A DNA stretch of 64,000 nt from an uncultured Lacisediminihabitans sp. (GCA_966212465.1 CBIHRK010000002.1:28806-92805), one strand, 5' to 3'; shown: positions 1-11,224, counted from the first letter of the stretch. The notes: generated by a model not told the origin, from the sequence alone. Translations and numbers: made by a program.

Positions 1-725
1 GCGACCTGCACCAGCCCGGCCACGAGCGATCCGAGGAAGAGCGCGGGCATGATGGTCGCCGACTCGTGCTGGAAGAGCTCGACGCTGCGCCGCCAGCGCG
101 TCTGACCGCTTTCGCCGGGGTCGGGCAGCCGGCACTCCGCAGCGAACGACGGGGTCATCAGGCTGTCTTCGTCCGGATGGCGCGAGAACAGCCATCCCAC
201 GACGTTCGCCACCACGAACCCACCGACGATCCGCCCGACGAAGACGGGACTGTCGAAGCCGAACGCCTGACCGGTCGTCAGGATCGTGATCGGGTTGACG
301 ATCGGCGCGGCGAGCAGGAAGGTGATCGACTCCGAGACGCTGAAGCCCTTGACGATGAGCCCGCGTGCGAGCGGCACGTTTCCGCACTCGCACACCGGCA
401 GGAGCACACCGATCAGAGAGATCACCGCGCGGCGGAGCACCGGCGTTCGCGGAAGCACCCGTGCGATCCAGCGATCGGGGATCCAGACCTGCACGAGGAT
501 CGAGAGGAGCACGCCGAGGATCACGAAGGGCAGCGATTCGACGATCACGCTGATGCTGAGCGTCAGCAGATCCTGCACCTGGTTCGGCAGCGACCAGGTT
601 CCGGTCGCCGACGTCACCGCGCGGATCGTGAACACCGCAGCGATCGCCGCGAGCCCGATGAGCAGGGCGGCCAGTGGAGAGAGCCGATTGCGGCGCCGTT
701 CCCTGACCTCCGCCCGCGTGCTCAC
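1..725 (-). CDS. Permease, DUF318/UPF0718 family (3' end runs off window)
   Basis: Not in ORF track (open at window edge). Manual translation from GTG at 725 gives MSTRAEVR...VESLPFVILG...LLPVCECGNVPLARGL...FLLAAPIVNP, with the family PVCECG motif and hydrophobic helices. Confidence 0.85.
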   Translation of the reverse strand, partial: MSTRAEVRERRRNRLSPLAALLIGLAAIAAVFTIRAVTSATGTWSLPNQVQDLLTLSISVIVESLPFVILGVLLSILVQVWIPDRWIARVLPRTPVLRRAVISLIGVLLPVCECGNVPLARGLIVKGFSVSESITFLLAAPIVNPITILTTGQAFGFDSPVFVGRIVGGFVVANVVGWLFSRHPDEDSLMTPSFAAECRLPDPGESGQTRWRRSVELFQHESATIMPALFLGSLVAGLVQV

Positions 726-800
726 CTCGGGAATACTAGGCGGCCGATCACGCCGATTCGGGGAACGCCCACGCTGAGTCGCATGAGCGTTCCCTCAGAA

Positions 801-3251
801 TCAGTCGGAGTCGCCCGGTCGCACCGTGCCCGCGCTCGAGGCGCGACGCGACCCGCGCGCCCGGCCCTGACCGGGCTGCTTCGGCTCGGGCAACGCGTCG
901 AGCACCGAATCGAGGATCTGCTCGGCGTCGTGCGTGCTGATGCGACGCGGCGCGCGCTGCACCTTCTTGACGGGGATGTCGAGGATCGCCACCGCGGCCT
1001 CGGCCGCGGCCACGCTCGCCTGCTCGACGACGGCAGAGGGGGCCTCGCTCGCGGGCGCGGCGGGCGCGCCCGGCTCCACTGCCTTCTCGGCATGGGCGTG
1101 CGACGCGGACTCGGCGTGAGGAATGGTGGATGCCGCGATCTGGGCGAGCGCGTTCTTCACGTCATCCGTGATCGCGTGGGTGCCGCCGTTGGCGGGACCC
1201 TTCGACTGCGGGCCCGAGTTCGAGTTGGAGTTCCCGTTGCCGCCGTTGCCGCCACGGCCGCCACGGCTGCGACGCACCTCCGGCTGCGCACTCTGACGGT
1301 GCTTCGTCACCGGATCGTGGTGCACGATGATGCCACGGCCGGCGCAGACCTCGCAGGGCTCGCTGAACGACTCGACCAGGCCCAGTCCGAGCTTCTTGCG
1401 GGTCATCTGCACGAGTCCGAGCGAGGTGACCTCCGCGACCTGGTGCTTGGTGCGGTCGCGGCTGAGGCATTCGACGAGTCGGCGCAGCACGAGGTCTCGG
1501 TTCGATTCCAGCACCATGTCGATGAAGTCCACGACGATGATGCCGCCGATGTCGCGCAGCCGAAGCTGGCGCACGATCTCCTCCGCGGCCTCGAGGTTGT
1601 TCTTGGTCACCGTCTCCTCGAGGTTTCCCCCGGATCCGACGAACTTGCCGGTATTGACGTCGACCACGGTCATCGCCTCGGTGCGGTCGATCACGAGCGA
1701 TCCGCCCGAGGGCAGCCACACCTTGCGGTCGAGCGCCTTCTCGATCTGCTCGCTGATGCGGTACTCGTCGAACGAGTCGGCGGTGCCTTCGTAGGTCTGC
1801 ACGCGATCCACGAGATCGGGGGCGACCTGCTTGAGGTAGGTGGAGATGGTCTGCTCTGCGTCCTCGCCCTCGATCACGAGCTTGTGGAAGTCCTCGTTGA
1901 AGACGTCGCGCACGATCTTGACGAGCAGGTCGGGCTCGCTGTGCAGCAGCGCCGGGGCCTGCACGTTCTCCAGAGTCTCGCTGATCGCCGTCCACTGTGC
2001 GGTCAGGCGGTTGACGTCGAGCGTGAGCTGCTCGTCGGTCGCACCTTCCGCGGCGGTGCGCACGATGACGCCCACCTTCTCCGGCAGGACCTCTTTGAGG
2101 ATCTTCTTGAGACGTGCGCGCTCGGTGTCGGGAAGCTTGCGGCTGATCCCGGTCATCGAGCCGTTGGGCACGTAGACGAGGTAGCGGCCGGGCAGGCTCA
2201 CCTGGCTGGTCAGACGGGCGCCCTTGTGGCCAACGGGGTCTTTCGTCACCTGCACGAGCACCTTGTCGCCGGGCTTCAGAGCGAGCTCGATGCGCCTGGC
2301 CTGGTTCTTGCCCTCGGCCGAGTTCTCCGCCGCGGCATCCCAGTCGACCTCGCCCGAGTAGAGCACGGCATTGCGACCGCGGCCGATGTCCACGAACGCG
2401 GCCTCCATGCTCGGGAGCACGTTCTGCACGCGTCCGAGGTAGACGTTCCCGATCAGACTCGCGTCGGCGGCCTTGGCCACGTAGTGCTCGACCAGAACGC
2501 CGTCTTCGAGCACGCCGATCTGGATGCGACCGAACTTGGAGCGCACCACCATGACGCGGTCGACGGCCTCGCGACGGGCGAGGAACTCCGCCTCGGTGAT
2601 GACCGGGCGGCGGCGGCCCGCGTCGCGGCCGTCGCGGCGGCGCTGCTTCTTCGCCTCGAGTCGGGTCGATCCGCGCACGCGCGTCGGCTCGTTGCTGAGC
2701 TCGGGCTGCGGGCGCGGTGCGCGCACCTTCACGACGGTCTTGGCGGGTCCGTTGCCGTTGCCTCCGCCGTCGTTCTGCTCAGACCCGTCGTCGCCGGCGC
2801 GGCGGCGCGACCGGCGTCGCACGCTGGAGCCCTCGCTCCCGTCGTCGTCGTCGGGGAGATCGCGCAGGAGGTTCTGGTCGCGCTGGCCTGATCCGCGAGG
2901 CGGCAGAGGAGGAAGCGGGGGAAGGTCGGGCGCCTGGAAGAGCGGCGACAGCGGCGGCCGGGACGGCGCGGCCGCGGGCTTCTCATCCTGCGCGTCGTCG
3001 ACGGAGTCGGTGGATGCCGGGGCAGCAGCCTTCTTCGCGGGCGCTCGGCGCTTCGCGGGTGCTTTGGCGGGCGCTTCGAGGGCCTCAGCGACCGGCGTCG
3101 GCGCTTCGAGGGCCTCAGCGACCGGGGCGGGGGCGGCGGGGGCCTCAGCGACCGGGGGCTTCGGGGACGACTTCACCCGGCCGAAGAGCCGGCCTCGCTT
3201 CTTCGTCGGTTCGGCTGCCGCTTCGGTATTTTCTTTGTTGTTATCCACCAT
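801..3251 (-). CDS. rne: Rne/Rng family ribonuclease (RNase E)
   Basis: S1 and RNase E/G catalytic motifs (GNVYLGRVQNVLPSMEAAFVDIG, TVVDVNTGKF, DIGGIIVVDFIDM), CEVC zinc link, disordered termini. Confidence 0.97.
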   Translation of the reverse strand: MVDNNKENTEAAAEPTKKRGRLFGRVKSSPKPPVAEAPAAPAPVAEALEAPTPVAEALEAPAKAPAKRRAPAKKAAAPASTDSVDDAQDEKPAAAPSRPPLSPLFQAPDLPPLPPLPPRGSGQRDQNLLRDLPDDDDGSEGSSVRRRSRRRAGDDGSEQNDGGGNGNGPAKTVVKVRAPRPQPELSNEPTRVRGSTRLEAKKQRRRDGRDAGRRRPVITEAEFLARREAVDRVMVVRSKFGRIQIGVLEDGVLVEHYVAKAADASLIGNVYLGRVQNVLPSMEAAFVDIGRGRNAVLYSGEVDWDAAAENSAEGKNQARRIELALKPGDKVLVQVTKDPVGHKGARLTSQVSLPGRYLVYVPNGSMTGISRKLPDTERARLKKILKEVLPEKVGVIVRTAAEGATDEQLTLDVNRLTAQWTAISETLENVQAPALLHSEPDLLVKIVRDVFNEDFHKLVIEGEDAEQTISTYLKQVAPDLVDRVQTYEGTADSFDEYRISEQIEKALDRKVWLPSGGSLVIDRTEAMTVVDVNTGKFVGSGGNLEETVTKNNLEAAEEIVRQLRLRDIGGIIVVDFIDMVLESNRDLVLRRLVECLSRDRTKHQVAEVTSLGLVQMTRKKLGLGLVESFSEPCEVCAGRGIIVHHDPVTKHRQSAQPEVRRSRGGRGGNGGNGNSNSNSGPQSKGPANGGTHAITDDVKNALAQIAASTIPHAESASHAHAEKAVEPGAPAAPASEAPSAVVEQASVAAAEAAVAILDIPVKKVQRAPRRISTHDAEQILDSVLDALPEPKQPGQGRARGSRRASSAGTVRPGDSD
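3071..3157 (-). repeat. ~30-bp tandem repeat (two near-exact copies, one degenerate) in the RNase E N-terminal disordered region
   Basis: gcgcttcgagggcctcagcgaccgg at 3071 and 3101, partial copy ~3140; encodes (A/T)PVAEALEAP. Confidence 0.8.
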
Positions 3252-3545
3252 TGCTGGTGCACTCCTTGCCCGGGCTGGGCGACCGCGCCACCCGCCGGGT
3301 GCTCTCTAACGCGATGTGCCGCGTTCGGCCCATCGCTAATCCTTGACGTTCACGACCTGCGCCGGCCCTTACGGCTCTGGCTTGCGGTCCCGTTCGTTCA
3401 CTTGAGTTGTTCGCAACTGGCTATGCGACACGTGTTTCGTTGCGGCACGGAGGTGTGCCGATCCTGCGTGGCCCGGTTTGGTGCCCGGTAAGCATTCTCT
3501 GGTGTCGCCGGAGCGCGGCTCCTGCGACTTGTTCAAATTATCGCA
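3252..3545 (-). promoter_or_regulatory. Putative rne promoter and ~280-nt structured 5' leader
   Basis: Minus-strand GATAAT -10-like hexamer near 3535-3540; several hairpins, e.g. CGGCAC/GTGCCG at 3443-3460; GGAG SD before the ATG at 3251. Confidence 0.55.
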
Positions 3546-3589
3546 TGCATTGCCTAGGACCTCGCATTTGCGCCTGCAATAATCCGGGG

Positions 3590-4591
3590 GTGACCCAGAC
3601 GACGCCGGTATCCGCGCCATCCCGCTCCACGTTCCTCCTCGCCGCGGCCGCCGCCGCAGGGGTCCTGGTCGCGTTCATCGCGACGGTCGGGGCCTTCCAT
3701 TCGATCGAGGCGGCGGGCAAGGCGGCGAAGCTGGTCGGCGCGGACAACGAACTGGGGTTCCCGGCATCCGCCTTCGCCATGGCGCTGTTCGTGGCCGTGC
3801 TCGCCGTGGCCGTGGCGCAGCTCGCCGGGGCCGACCTCCGGCCGGGAATCTGGGCAGCCTTCACCCCGATTGCGCTGATCGGGATCATCTTCGAGCTCTG
3901 GGTCATCTATCTGCGCGCGGTCGGCAATGTCGGCTTCGACCTGCTCGCCTTTCTCCAACTCATCGCGATGGCCGTCGCCTTCGCCCTCATCGTGAGGCGG
4001 ATGCCACGTGCTCTCGGCACTCCCGTGCTCGGCGTGTTCCTCGTGGTCGCCGGGGTCACCGGATTTTTCGCCGCCTTCCGGCTCACCGTCGACAAGGTCG
4101 GCACCTACATCAACCCAGACATCGCGCCGAGCTGCAACGCGAGTGTTCTGGTCCAGTGCGGGGTCAATCTCAAGTCCTGGCAGGGCTCGCTGTTCGGTTT
4201 CCCCAATCCCGTTCTCGGAGTCGGGGGCTGGATAGTCGTCATCCTCATCGGCATTCTGCTTCTTAGCGGCGCGCGTTTCGCACGATGGTTCTGGATCGCT
4301 TTCAACGTCGGCATGGCCGGAGCGCTCGCGCTGGTCGTGTGGCTGATCTCGCAGAGCATCTTCGCTCTCAGCACCCTGTGCCCGTGGTGCATGGTCACCT
4401 GGGCCGTCACCATCCCCACGTTTCTCATCGTCACGTTCGTCAACGGCATGAATGGTCGCTTCGGAGGTGGTCAGCGCACTCGGTCTGCGTTCACGTCCCT
4501 CTTCGGCTGGCTGCCGGTCCTCACTCTTGTCTGCTACCTCATCGTCGCGGTGGTCGCCCAGGCGCGGCTGGACGTCCTCAGCACTCTGTAG
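3590..4591 (+). CDS. Vitamin K epoxide reductase (VKOR) family disulfide-bond formation protein with N-terminal duplicated membrane domain
   Basis: PSCNASVLVQCG loop cysteines, GFPNPVLG, CPWC active site. Start reassigned to GTG 3590, 7 nt after AATAAT (leaderless-like). Confidence 0.9.
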   Translation: MTQTTPVSAPSRSTFLLAAAAAAGVLVAFIATVGAFHSIEAAGKAAKLVGADNELGFPASAFAMALFVAVLAVAVAQLAGADLRPGIWAAFTPIALIGIIFELWVIYLRAVGNVGFDLLAFLQLIAMAVAFALIVRRMPRALGTPVLGVFLVVAGVTGFFAAFRLTVDKVGTYINPDIAPSCNASVLVQCGVNLKSWQGSLFGFPNPVLGVGGWIVVILIGILLLSGARFARWFWIAFNVGMAGALALVVWLISQSIFALSTLCPWCMVTWAVTIPTFLIVTFVNGMNGRFGGGQRTRSAFTSLFGWLPVLTLVCYLIVAVVAQARLDVLSTL

Positions 4592-4707
4592 CTCCCCTCT
4601 CAGCCACTTCTAAGCACAAGCGTCCGCCATTTGGCGACTCCAACTCGTTCGATCTCATAGAGTCGTGTGGTCTAGCGTTCCGACAAAAGAAACGAGTCAA
4701 GTCAGCC

Positions 4708-5592
4708 ATGGTCCCTCCCGCTCCCGGAACACAGCCCGGCAAGAAGGATCGCCGCGAGGAAGCGCGCGAGAAGGCCCGCATCGAGCGTGAAGCGCAAAAG
4801 CGCAGAGAGCGCCGGAACCGGATCTTCCTGCAGGGCGGAATCGGGCTCGCGGTGATAGCGATCGCTGTCGTCGTCGTGCTGCTGATCGTGAACGGAAGCA
4901 AGCCGGTCGTCGCGGGGCCCGGACCGAAGAATATGGCGAGCGACGGGATCCTCATATCAGGATCGAACCTCGACGCCGTCCGGACTCCGGCCCTGTCGTC
5001 GAAGCAGAAGCCCACTCCCACCGACCGGTCCAAGCACACGAGCACCGTCAATATCGTCACCTACATCGACTATCAGTGCCCGTACTGCAACCAGTTCGAG
5101 ACGACGAACGAATCGCAGATCGCCGACTGGATCAAGGCGGGCAAGGCGACGATCGAAATCCACCCGATCTCATTCCTCGACCGGTCGTCACTCGGCAACA
5201 AGTACTCGACCAGGGCTGCCAACGCGGCTGCGTGTGTCGCAAACTATGACCCGAACAACTTCTACGCGGTCAACACTGCCCTGTTCAAGGACCAGCCGGC
5301 GGAGAACACCGGTGGAAAGACGGACAAGGAACTGATCGCCACGCTGAAGTCGGCTGGGAGTTCGAGCGCCGCGATCAGCTCCTGCATCACATCTCAGAAA
5401 TTCGTGCCCTGGGTGACGGCGGCGTCGAAACGCATCGACACCACTGGTCAGACTGTCGTCTTCAAGGGAGTCGCGAACACCCCGACGGTATTCGGCGGAA
5501 CCCCGACTGTCTTCGTGAACGGCGAGCAGTACAAGGGCTCGCTCACCGACCCCAGCGTGTTCGCGAGCTTCGTACAGGCGCAGGCCAAGTAG
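4708..5592 (+). CDS. dsbA: DsbA-family membrane-anchored thioredoxin-fold oxidase
   Basis: Basic N-terminus plus TM helix, YIDYQCPYCNQFE (CPYC), GTPTVFVNG; adjacent to VKOR. Confidence 0.9.
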   Translation: MVPPAPGTQPGKKDRREEAREKARIEREAQKRRERRNRIFLQGGIGLAVIAIAVVVVLLIVNGSKPVVAGPGPKNMASDGILISGSNLDAVRTPALSSKQKPTPTDRSKHTSTVNIVTYIDYQCPYCNQFETTNESQIADWIKAGKATIEIHPISFLDRSSLGNKYSTRAANAAACVANYDPNNFYAVNTALFKDQPAENTGGKTDKELIATLKSAGSSSAAISSCITSQKFVPWVTAASKRIDTTGQTVVFKGVANTPTVFGGTPTVFVNGEQYKGSLTDPSVFASFVQAQAK

Positions 5593-5701
5593 CTTCGACG
5601 AGACGAGTTGCGCGCTACTGGTTCGCGCGCAGGTAACTCGCGAGTCGCTGTGTAAAGTCGGCTGATTGTGGACGCCCGCCTCTCAGCGTCACGTCACCCG
5701 A

Positions 5702-6121
5702 TCAGTCGAACCAGAGCGCCAGCTCCCGCGCCGCCGACTCCGGCGAGTCGGAGCCGTGGACGAGGTTCTGCTGCACCTTGAGACCCCAGTCGCGGCCGAG
5801 GTCGCCGCGAATCGTTCCGGGGGCCGCTGTGGTGGGGTCGGTCGTGCCCGCCAGGCTGCGGAATCCTTCGATCACCCGTTCGCCCGCGATGCGCAGCGCC
5901 ACGATGGGCCCCGACTCCATGAACTCCACGAGAGGCTCGTAGAAGGGCTTGCCCTGGTGCTCCTCGTAGTGGGCGGCCAGGAGTTCCCGGCTGGCCTCGA
6001 CCAGTTTGACGTCCACGAGCTGGTAGCCCTTCGCCTCGATGCGGCGGAGGATCTCGCCGGTGAGGTTGCGCGAGACTCCGTCGGGCTTGACGAGGACGAG
6101 GGTTTCCTGAACATCGGTCAC
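5702..6121 (-). CDS. ndk: Nucleoside-diphosphate kinase
   Basis: TLVLVKPDGV...PGTIRGD...NLVHGSDS; GTG start at 6121. Confidence 0.97.
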   Translation of the reverse strand: MTDVQETLVLVKPDGVSRNLTGEILRRIEAKGYQLVDVKLVEASRELLAAHYEEHQGKPFYEPLVEFMESGPIVALRIAGERVIEGFRSLAGTTDPTTAAPGTIRGDLGRDWGLKVQQNLVHGSDSPESAARELALWFD

Positions 6122-6498
6122 GATAGTGGCTCCTTGTTTGTGGTGGCGTTGCGGCGGTCGAGTCGACGACCCATGACGAAGCAATAGATCCAGATGGCGA
6201 GGAAGAGGGCGCCGATGAAGTACATGAGGGGAAGCAGGATGCCGAGGGCCACGAGCACCGCCTGCAGCAGCCAGCCCAGCCACACGCCCCACCCGTATCG
6301 CACCAGGCGGGTGGCCACCAGCAGCAGCACGAAGAGCACCGCTCCCCCGCCGAACACGAGGCCGGCAGGAAGCAGCCGAAGCCCGAACACGACCAGCACC
6401 ACGAAGAAGACCAGCACCGCCTCGAGGGCGAGCGCGATCGACAGGAGCGACTCGCTGGCGCTCCGCTCCCGCCGCACCCGCGTGGGGGCGTCGGTCAC
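6118..6498 (-). CDS. DUF4233-like small membrane protein
   Basis: Hydrophobic ~126 aa between folC and ndk (conserved actinobacterial position); GTG overlaps the folC stop. Confidence 0.8.
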   Translation of the reverse strand: MTDAPTRVRRERSASESLLSIALALEAVLVFFVVLVVFGLRLLPAGLVFGGGAVLFVLLLVATRLVRYGWGVWLGWLLQAVLVALGILLPLMYFIGALFLAIWIYCFVMGRRLDRRNATTNKEPLS

Positions 6499-7880
6499 CG
6501 CTGCCAGCCCTCGGCCGCGGCGATCACGAGCGCGTCGCCGATGAGCGTGATCGACCCGGTGATCACCACGCCGCGTCGAGGGCCCTCGGCGGCCCACTCG
6601 CGCGCGGCGGCGATCGCCTCCGCGGGGCTGTCGAACGGGTAGGTGACCTCATCGCTCGTCAACTCGCGCACGGTCTCTGCGAGGTCGTCGACGGGCACGG
6701 CGCGATCCGAGCTCGAGGCGGTGACGTGGATGCGCTCGGCGAAGGTGGCCAGGGCGGAGACGATGCCCCGGGCATCCTTGTCGGCCAGCACGCCGAGCAC
6801 CACGGCGACCTCGTCGAACGTGAAGTAGGTCGCGATCGACCTGGCCAGCGCCAGGGCGCCGTCCGGGTTGTGGGCGGCGTCGATGATCACCGTGGGCTCG
6901 ATGCCGATCACCTGCAGGCGCCCCGGCGAGGAGGCCGTGGCGATCCCCTCCGCGAGCACGTCGCCCACCAGCGGCTGGCTGCCCCCGCCGAGGAACGACT
7001 CGACCGCGGCGATCGCCACGGCGGCGTTCTGCGCCTGATGATCGCCGAAGAGCGGCAGGAAGAGGTCGCTGTAGGTGCCGGCGAGTCCCCGCACCGAGAT
7101 GACCTGGCCGCCGACGGCCACCGTGTTGCTGAGCAGGTCGAACGCTCCACCCTGAACGACGATGGTGGACTCGGTGAGCTCGGTCGCCCGCTCGAGTTCC
7201 ACGAGCGCGGAGGCCGGCTGGCGAGACGACACGACCGATGCGGCGGGCTTGATGATGCCCGACTTCGTGCGAGCGATCTCGCCGACCGTGTTGCCCAGTC
7301 GCGCCGTGTGGTCGAGAGAGATCGGAGTGAATACTGCGACGACGCCGTCGGCCACATTGGTCGAATCCCACTCGCCGCCCATGCCCACCTCGATGACCCC
7401 GACGTCGATCGGAGCATCCGCGAAGCAGGCGAAACCGAGAGCGGTGAACGCCTCGAAGAAGGTCAGCGGCGCCTCACCCGATCCGACCAGCTCCGCGTCC
7501 ACGATCTCCAGGTAGGGCTGGATGTCCCGGTAGTTGGCCACGAAGGCCTCGTTGGAGATCGGGTGACCGTCGATCACGATCCGCTCGTTCACCCGGACGA
7601 GGTGCGGGCTCGTCAGCAGGCCGGTGCGCAGATCGTGAGCACGCAGTACGGACTCGATGATGCGACTGGTGCTCGTCTTGCCGTTGGTGCCCGTGATGTG
7701 CACGATCGGGTACGCCCGCTGCGGGTCGCCCAGCAGCTCGAGCACCCGGCGGGTCGCGCCGAGTCGAGGCTGCGCGTTCGCCTCCCCGATGCGGGAGAGG
7801 AGCTCGGCGTAGACCTCGTCGGCTTCGCGCTGGTACAGCGCGTCATCGCCGAGTTCGGGGTCTTCAGTGGTGTCAGACAT
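6495..7880 (-). CDS. folC: Folylpolyglutamate synthase / dihydrofolate synthase
   Basis: [12 protein letters not shown]-loop, [24 protein letters not shown]. Confidence 0.95.
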   Translation of the reverse strand: MSDTTEDPELGDDALYQREADEVYAELLSRIGEANAQPRLGATRRVLELLGDPQRAYPIVHITGTNGKTSTSRIIESVLRAHDLRTGLLTSPHLVRVNERIVIDGHPISNEAFVANYRDIQPYLEIVDAELVGSGEAPLTFFEAFTALGFACFADAPIDVGVIEVGMGGEWDSTNVADGVVAVFTPISLDHTARLGNTVGEIARTKSGIIKPAASVVSSRQPASALVELERATELTESTIVVQGGAFDLLSNTVAVGGQVISVRGLAGTYSDLFLPLFGDHQAQNAAVAIAAVESFLGGGSQPLVGDVLAEGIATASSPGRLQVIGIEPTVIIDAAHNPDGALALARSIATYFTFDEVAVVLGVLADKDARGIVSALATFAERIHVTASSSDRAVPVDDLAETVRELTSDEVTYPFDSPAEAIAAAREWAAEGPRRGVVITGSITLIGDALVIAAAEGWQR

Positions 7881-10800
7881 CGGTTCCCGCTCCATGGATT
7901 CTCAGCTCGACGACGACGTCGCCCGCGTTAGCGTACTGCCCCGCCCCGACGACGGACCGGAACGATCCGGCCCGCCCGTGCTCGGCAGCGTAGACCTCGG
8001 CGTTCTCACCCTCGGCGAAGTAGCCGTCGATCGCCAGGGCGAGCGTCTCCTTCGCGATCGACTCCCGATGGTTGCGGAGGGCCGCGAAGTCGGTGCGATC
8101 GCCGAAGAACAGCACCAGGTCGATCCGGTCGCTGACCGCGAGGCCCGCCGACTTCCGGGCGTCTTGAACGGCGCGGGTGAGGTCTCGGGCCAGTCCCTCC
8201 GCGGCGAGCTCGGGCGTGACCTCCGTGTCGAGCAGCACGAAACCGCCGTCGGCGAGGAACGCCAGGGCGTTCGAGTCCCGGGGCAGTTCGAACCTGAGAT
8301 CGAACTCGCCCGGCTGCAGCTCGAGGCCGCCGACCACCACCCCGTCGCCCTGCAGCGCCCAGTCGCCGGACTTCGCGGCCTGGATTGCGGACTGCACCTG
8401 CTTGCCGATGCGCGGCCCGGCCGCGCGGGCGTTGACCGTGAGACTCCGGGTGATGCCGAAGTCGGCGAGCGTGTGATCCGAGAGTTCGATCACCTCGACC
8501 GCCTTCACGTTGAGCTCGTCCCGCAGGATGTCGAGGAAGTCGGCGAGACCGTCCGGGCTCGGCGTCGCCACGGTCAGCTTCGCGAGCGGCAGGCGCACCC
8601 GCAGCCCGGTCGACTTGCGCACGGCGAGGCCGACGGAGACCATCTCCCGCACGCGGTCCATGACGGCGACGAGGGCGTCGTCCTCCGGGAAGACCCGGTA
8701 GTCCGGCCAGTCCTCCAGGTGCACGCTGCGCGCTCCCGTGAGCCCCTTCCACACCTGTTCGGTGACGATCGGCAGGAGCGGCGCCGCCACCCGGCACACC
8801 GTCTCGAGCACCGTGTACAGGGTGTCGAACGCCTCGCGGCTCTCGCCGTTCCAGAACCGTTCGCGGCTGCGCCGCACGTACCAGTTGGTGAGCACGTCGG
8901 CGAAATCGCGCAGCGCCGCGGCGGCGAGCGGGCTGTCGAGCTCGTCGAGCCGGCTCTGCACGTCGACGATCAGGCGACGCGTCTTGGCGAGGAGGTAGCG
9001 GTCGAGCACGTCGGTCGAGTCGGTGCGCCAGGTGGCGGTGTAGCCGCGGGGTGCGCCGGCGCCCGTCCCGCCGGGAGCCTCGGGCGCCGCATTGGCGTAG
9101 AGACTGAAGAAGTAGTACGTGTTCCACAGCGGGAGCATGAGCTGGCGGACGCCCTCGCGGATGCCCTCCTCGGTGACGATGAGGTTTCCGCCGCGGATCA
9201 CCGACGAGGCCATGAGGAACCAGCGCATGGCGTCGGCACCGTCGCGATCGAACACCTCGCTGACATCCGGGTAGTTGCGCAGGCTCTTCGACATCTTCTG
9301 ACCATCGCTGCCCAGCACGATGCCGTGGCTGATCACGTTGGTGAACGCCGGCCGGTCGAAGAGCGCGGTCGAGAGGATGTGGAGCATGTAGAACCAGCCG
9401 CGCGTCTGCCCGATGTACTCCACGATGAAGTCGGCCGGATTGTGGGTGTCGAACCACTCCTGGTTCTCGAACGGATAGTGCACCTGCGCGAACGGCATCG
9501 AACCGGAGTCGAACCACACGTCGAGCACGTCCGGGATGCGGCGCATCGTCGATCGACCGCTCGGGTCGTCGGGGTTGGGGCGGGTCAGCTCGTCGATGTA
9601 GGGCCGATGCAGGTCGGTGGGGCGCACGCCGAAGTCGCGCTCCAGTTCGTCGAGGGAGCCGTAGACGTCGATGCGCGGGAACTCGGGGTCGTCGCTCTTC
9701 CAGATCGGGATCGGCGAACCCCAGTAGCGGTTGCGCGAGATGGACCAGTCGCGCGCGTTCGACAACCACTTGCCGAACTGGCCGTCCTTCACGTTCTCCG
9801 GAACCCAGTTGATCTCCTGGTTCAGCTGCTCCATGCGGTCGCGGATCTCGGTGACCCGCACGAACCAGCTCGAGACCGCCTTGTAGATGAGCGGGTTCTT
9901 GCACCGCCAGCAGTGCGGGTAGCTGTGCTCGTAGCTCGCCACGCGCAGCAGACGACCGTCGGCCCGCAGCTTCTGGATGAGGGGCTTGTTCGCGTCGAAG
10001 ACCTGCAGGCCCGCGACATCCGCGATCAGGGGAAGGAACTTCCCCCCCTCGTCCACGGAGATGATCACCGGAATGCCGGCCGCGGCGCAGGTGACCTGGT
10101 CGTCCTCGCCGTAGGCGGGAGCCTGGTGCACGATGCCGGTGCCCTCGCCCGTCGCGACGTAGTCGGCGACCAGCACCTGCCACGCGGAGCCCGTGCCCCA
10201 CAGGTCGGTGTCGGCGTAGTAGTCCCACAGCCGGGCGTAACGGATGCCGCCCAGCTCGGCACCGCGGTAGCTGCGGGCCACCGCGTCCCTCGCCGCCTCG
10301 GGCGAGCCGTAACCCAGGTCCTTCGCGTAGGCGGCGACGGTGTCGCGGGCGAGCAGGAACTCGGCGACGCCCTCGGCCGACCCGTCCGCCGCACCGAGCG
10401 GCCCGCTGGGAACGACCACGTACTCGATCTCGGGACCCACGGCGAGCGCGAGGTTCGTCGGAAGGGTCCAGGGGGTCGTCGTCCAGGCCAGCGCCTTCAC
10501 GCCGGTGAGGCCGAGGCTCTCGGCCTTGGCGCCGTCGAGCGGGAAGGTGACCGTGACCGACTGGTCCTGGCGGTTGCGGTAGATGTCGTCGTCCATGCGC
10601 AGCTCATGGTTGGAGAGGGGCGTCTCGTCGTGCCAGCAGTACGGCAGCACGCGGAAGCCCTCGTAGGCGAGCCCCTTGTCGTAGAGCTGCTTGAACGCCC
10701 AGATCACCGACTCCATGAACGTGATGTCGAGCGTCTTGTAGTCGTGCTCGAAGTCCACCCACCGGGCCTGGCGGGTGACGTAGTCCTCCCACTCGGCGGT

Positions 10801-11217
10801 GTATTCGAGCACGGATTCACGGGCCTTCGCGTTGAAGGTCGCGATGCCCATCTCCTCGATCTGGTGCTTCTCGTTGATGCCGAGCTGGCGCATGGCCTCG
10901 AGCTCCGCGGGCAGGCCGTGGGTGTCCCAGCCGAATCGGCGGTGCACCTGGCGCCCGCGCATGGTCTGGTAGCGCGGGAAGAGGTCTTTGGCGTAGCCGG
11001 TCAGGAGGTGCCCGTAGTGCGGGAGGCCGTTGGCGAACGGCGGGCCGTCGTAGAAGACCCACTCCTCGCGGCCCTCGCGGGCCTCGATCGAGGCCCGGAA
11101 GGTGTCGTCGCCCTTCCAGAACGCCAGGATGCCGCGCTCGATGGCCGGGAAATTCGGGCTGGGCGTGAGGGGCTCGCCGAATGCGTCGCCGTTCGTGCCG
11201 GCATTCTTCGGGTACAT
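7873..11217 (-). CDS. ileS: Isoleucine--tRNA ligase (type 2)
   Basis: [14 protein letters not shown] (HIGH), [14 protein letters not shown]; Ile T-box upstream. Confidence 0.97.
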   Translation of the reverse strand: MYPKNAGTNGDAFGEPLTPSPNFPAIERGILAFWKGDDTFRASIEAREGREEWVFYDGPPFANGLPHYGHLLTGYAKDLFPRYQTMRGRQVHRRFGWDTHGLPAELEAMRQLGINEKHQIEEMGIATFNAKARESVLEYTAEWEDYVTRQARWVDFEHDYKTLDITFMESVIWAFKQLYDKGLAYEGFRVLPYCWHDETPLSNHELRMDDDIYRNRQDQSVTVTFPLDGAKAESLGLTGVKALAWTTTPWTLPTNLALAVGPEIEYVVVPSGPLGAADGSAEGVAEFLLARDTVAAYAKDLGYGSPEAARDAVARSYRGAELGGIRYARLWDYYADTDLWGTGSAWQVLVADYVATGEGTGIVHQAPAYGEDDQVTCAAAGIPVIISVDEGGKFLPLIADVAGLQVFDANKPLIQKLRADGRLLRVASYEHSYPHCWRCKNPLIYKAVSSWFVRVTEIRDRMEQLNQEINWVPENVKDGQFGKWLSNARDWSISRNRYWGSPIPIWKSDDPEFPRIDVYGSLDELERDFGVRPTDLHRPYIDELTRPNPDDPSGRSTMRRIPDVLDVWFDSGSMPFAQVHYPFENQEWFDTHNPADFIVEYIGQTRGWFYMLHILSTALFDRPAFTNVISHGIVLGSDGQKMSKSLRNYPDVSEVFDRDGADAMRWFLMASSVIRGGNLIVTEEGIREGVRQLMLPLWNTYYFFSLYANAAPEAPGGTGAGAPRGYTATWRTDSTDVLDRYLLAKTRRLIVDVQSRLDELDSPLAAAALRDFADVLTNWYVRRSRERFWNGESREAFDTLYTVLETVCRVAAPLLPIVTEQVWKGLTGARSVHLEDWPDYRVFPEDDALVAVMDRVREMVSVGLAVRKSTGLRVRLPLAKLTVATPSPDGLADFLDILRDELNVKAVEVIELSDHTLADFGITRSLTVNARAAGPRIGKQVQSAIQAAKSGDWALQGDGVVVGGLELQPGEFDLRFELPRDSNALAFLADGGFVLLDTEVTPELAAEGLARDLTRAVQDARKSAGLAVSDRIDLVLFFGDRTDFAALRNHRESIAKETLALAIDGYFAEGENAEVYAAEHGRAGSFRSVVGAGQYANAGDVVVELRIHGAGTDV

Positions 11218-11224
11218 GGGTTCT

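Noticed and set aside
5601-5645. Imperfect hairpin between dsbA and ndk
   Set aside because: Probably an ordinary convergent terminator; pairing too weak to call a repeat family.
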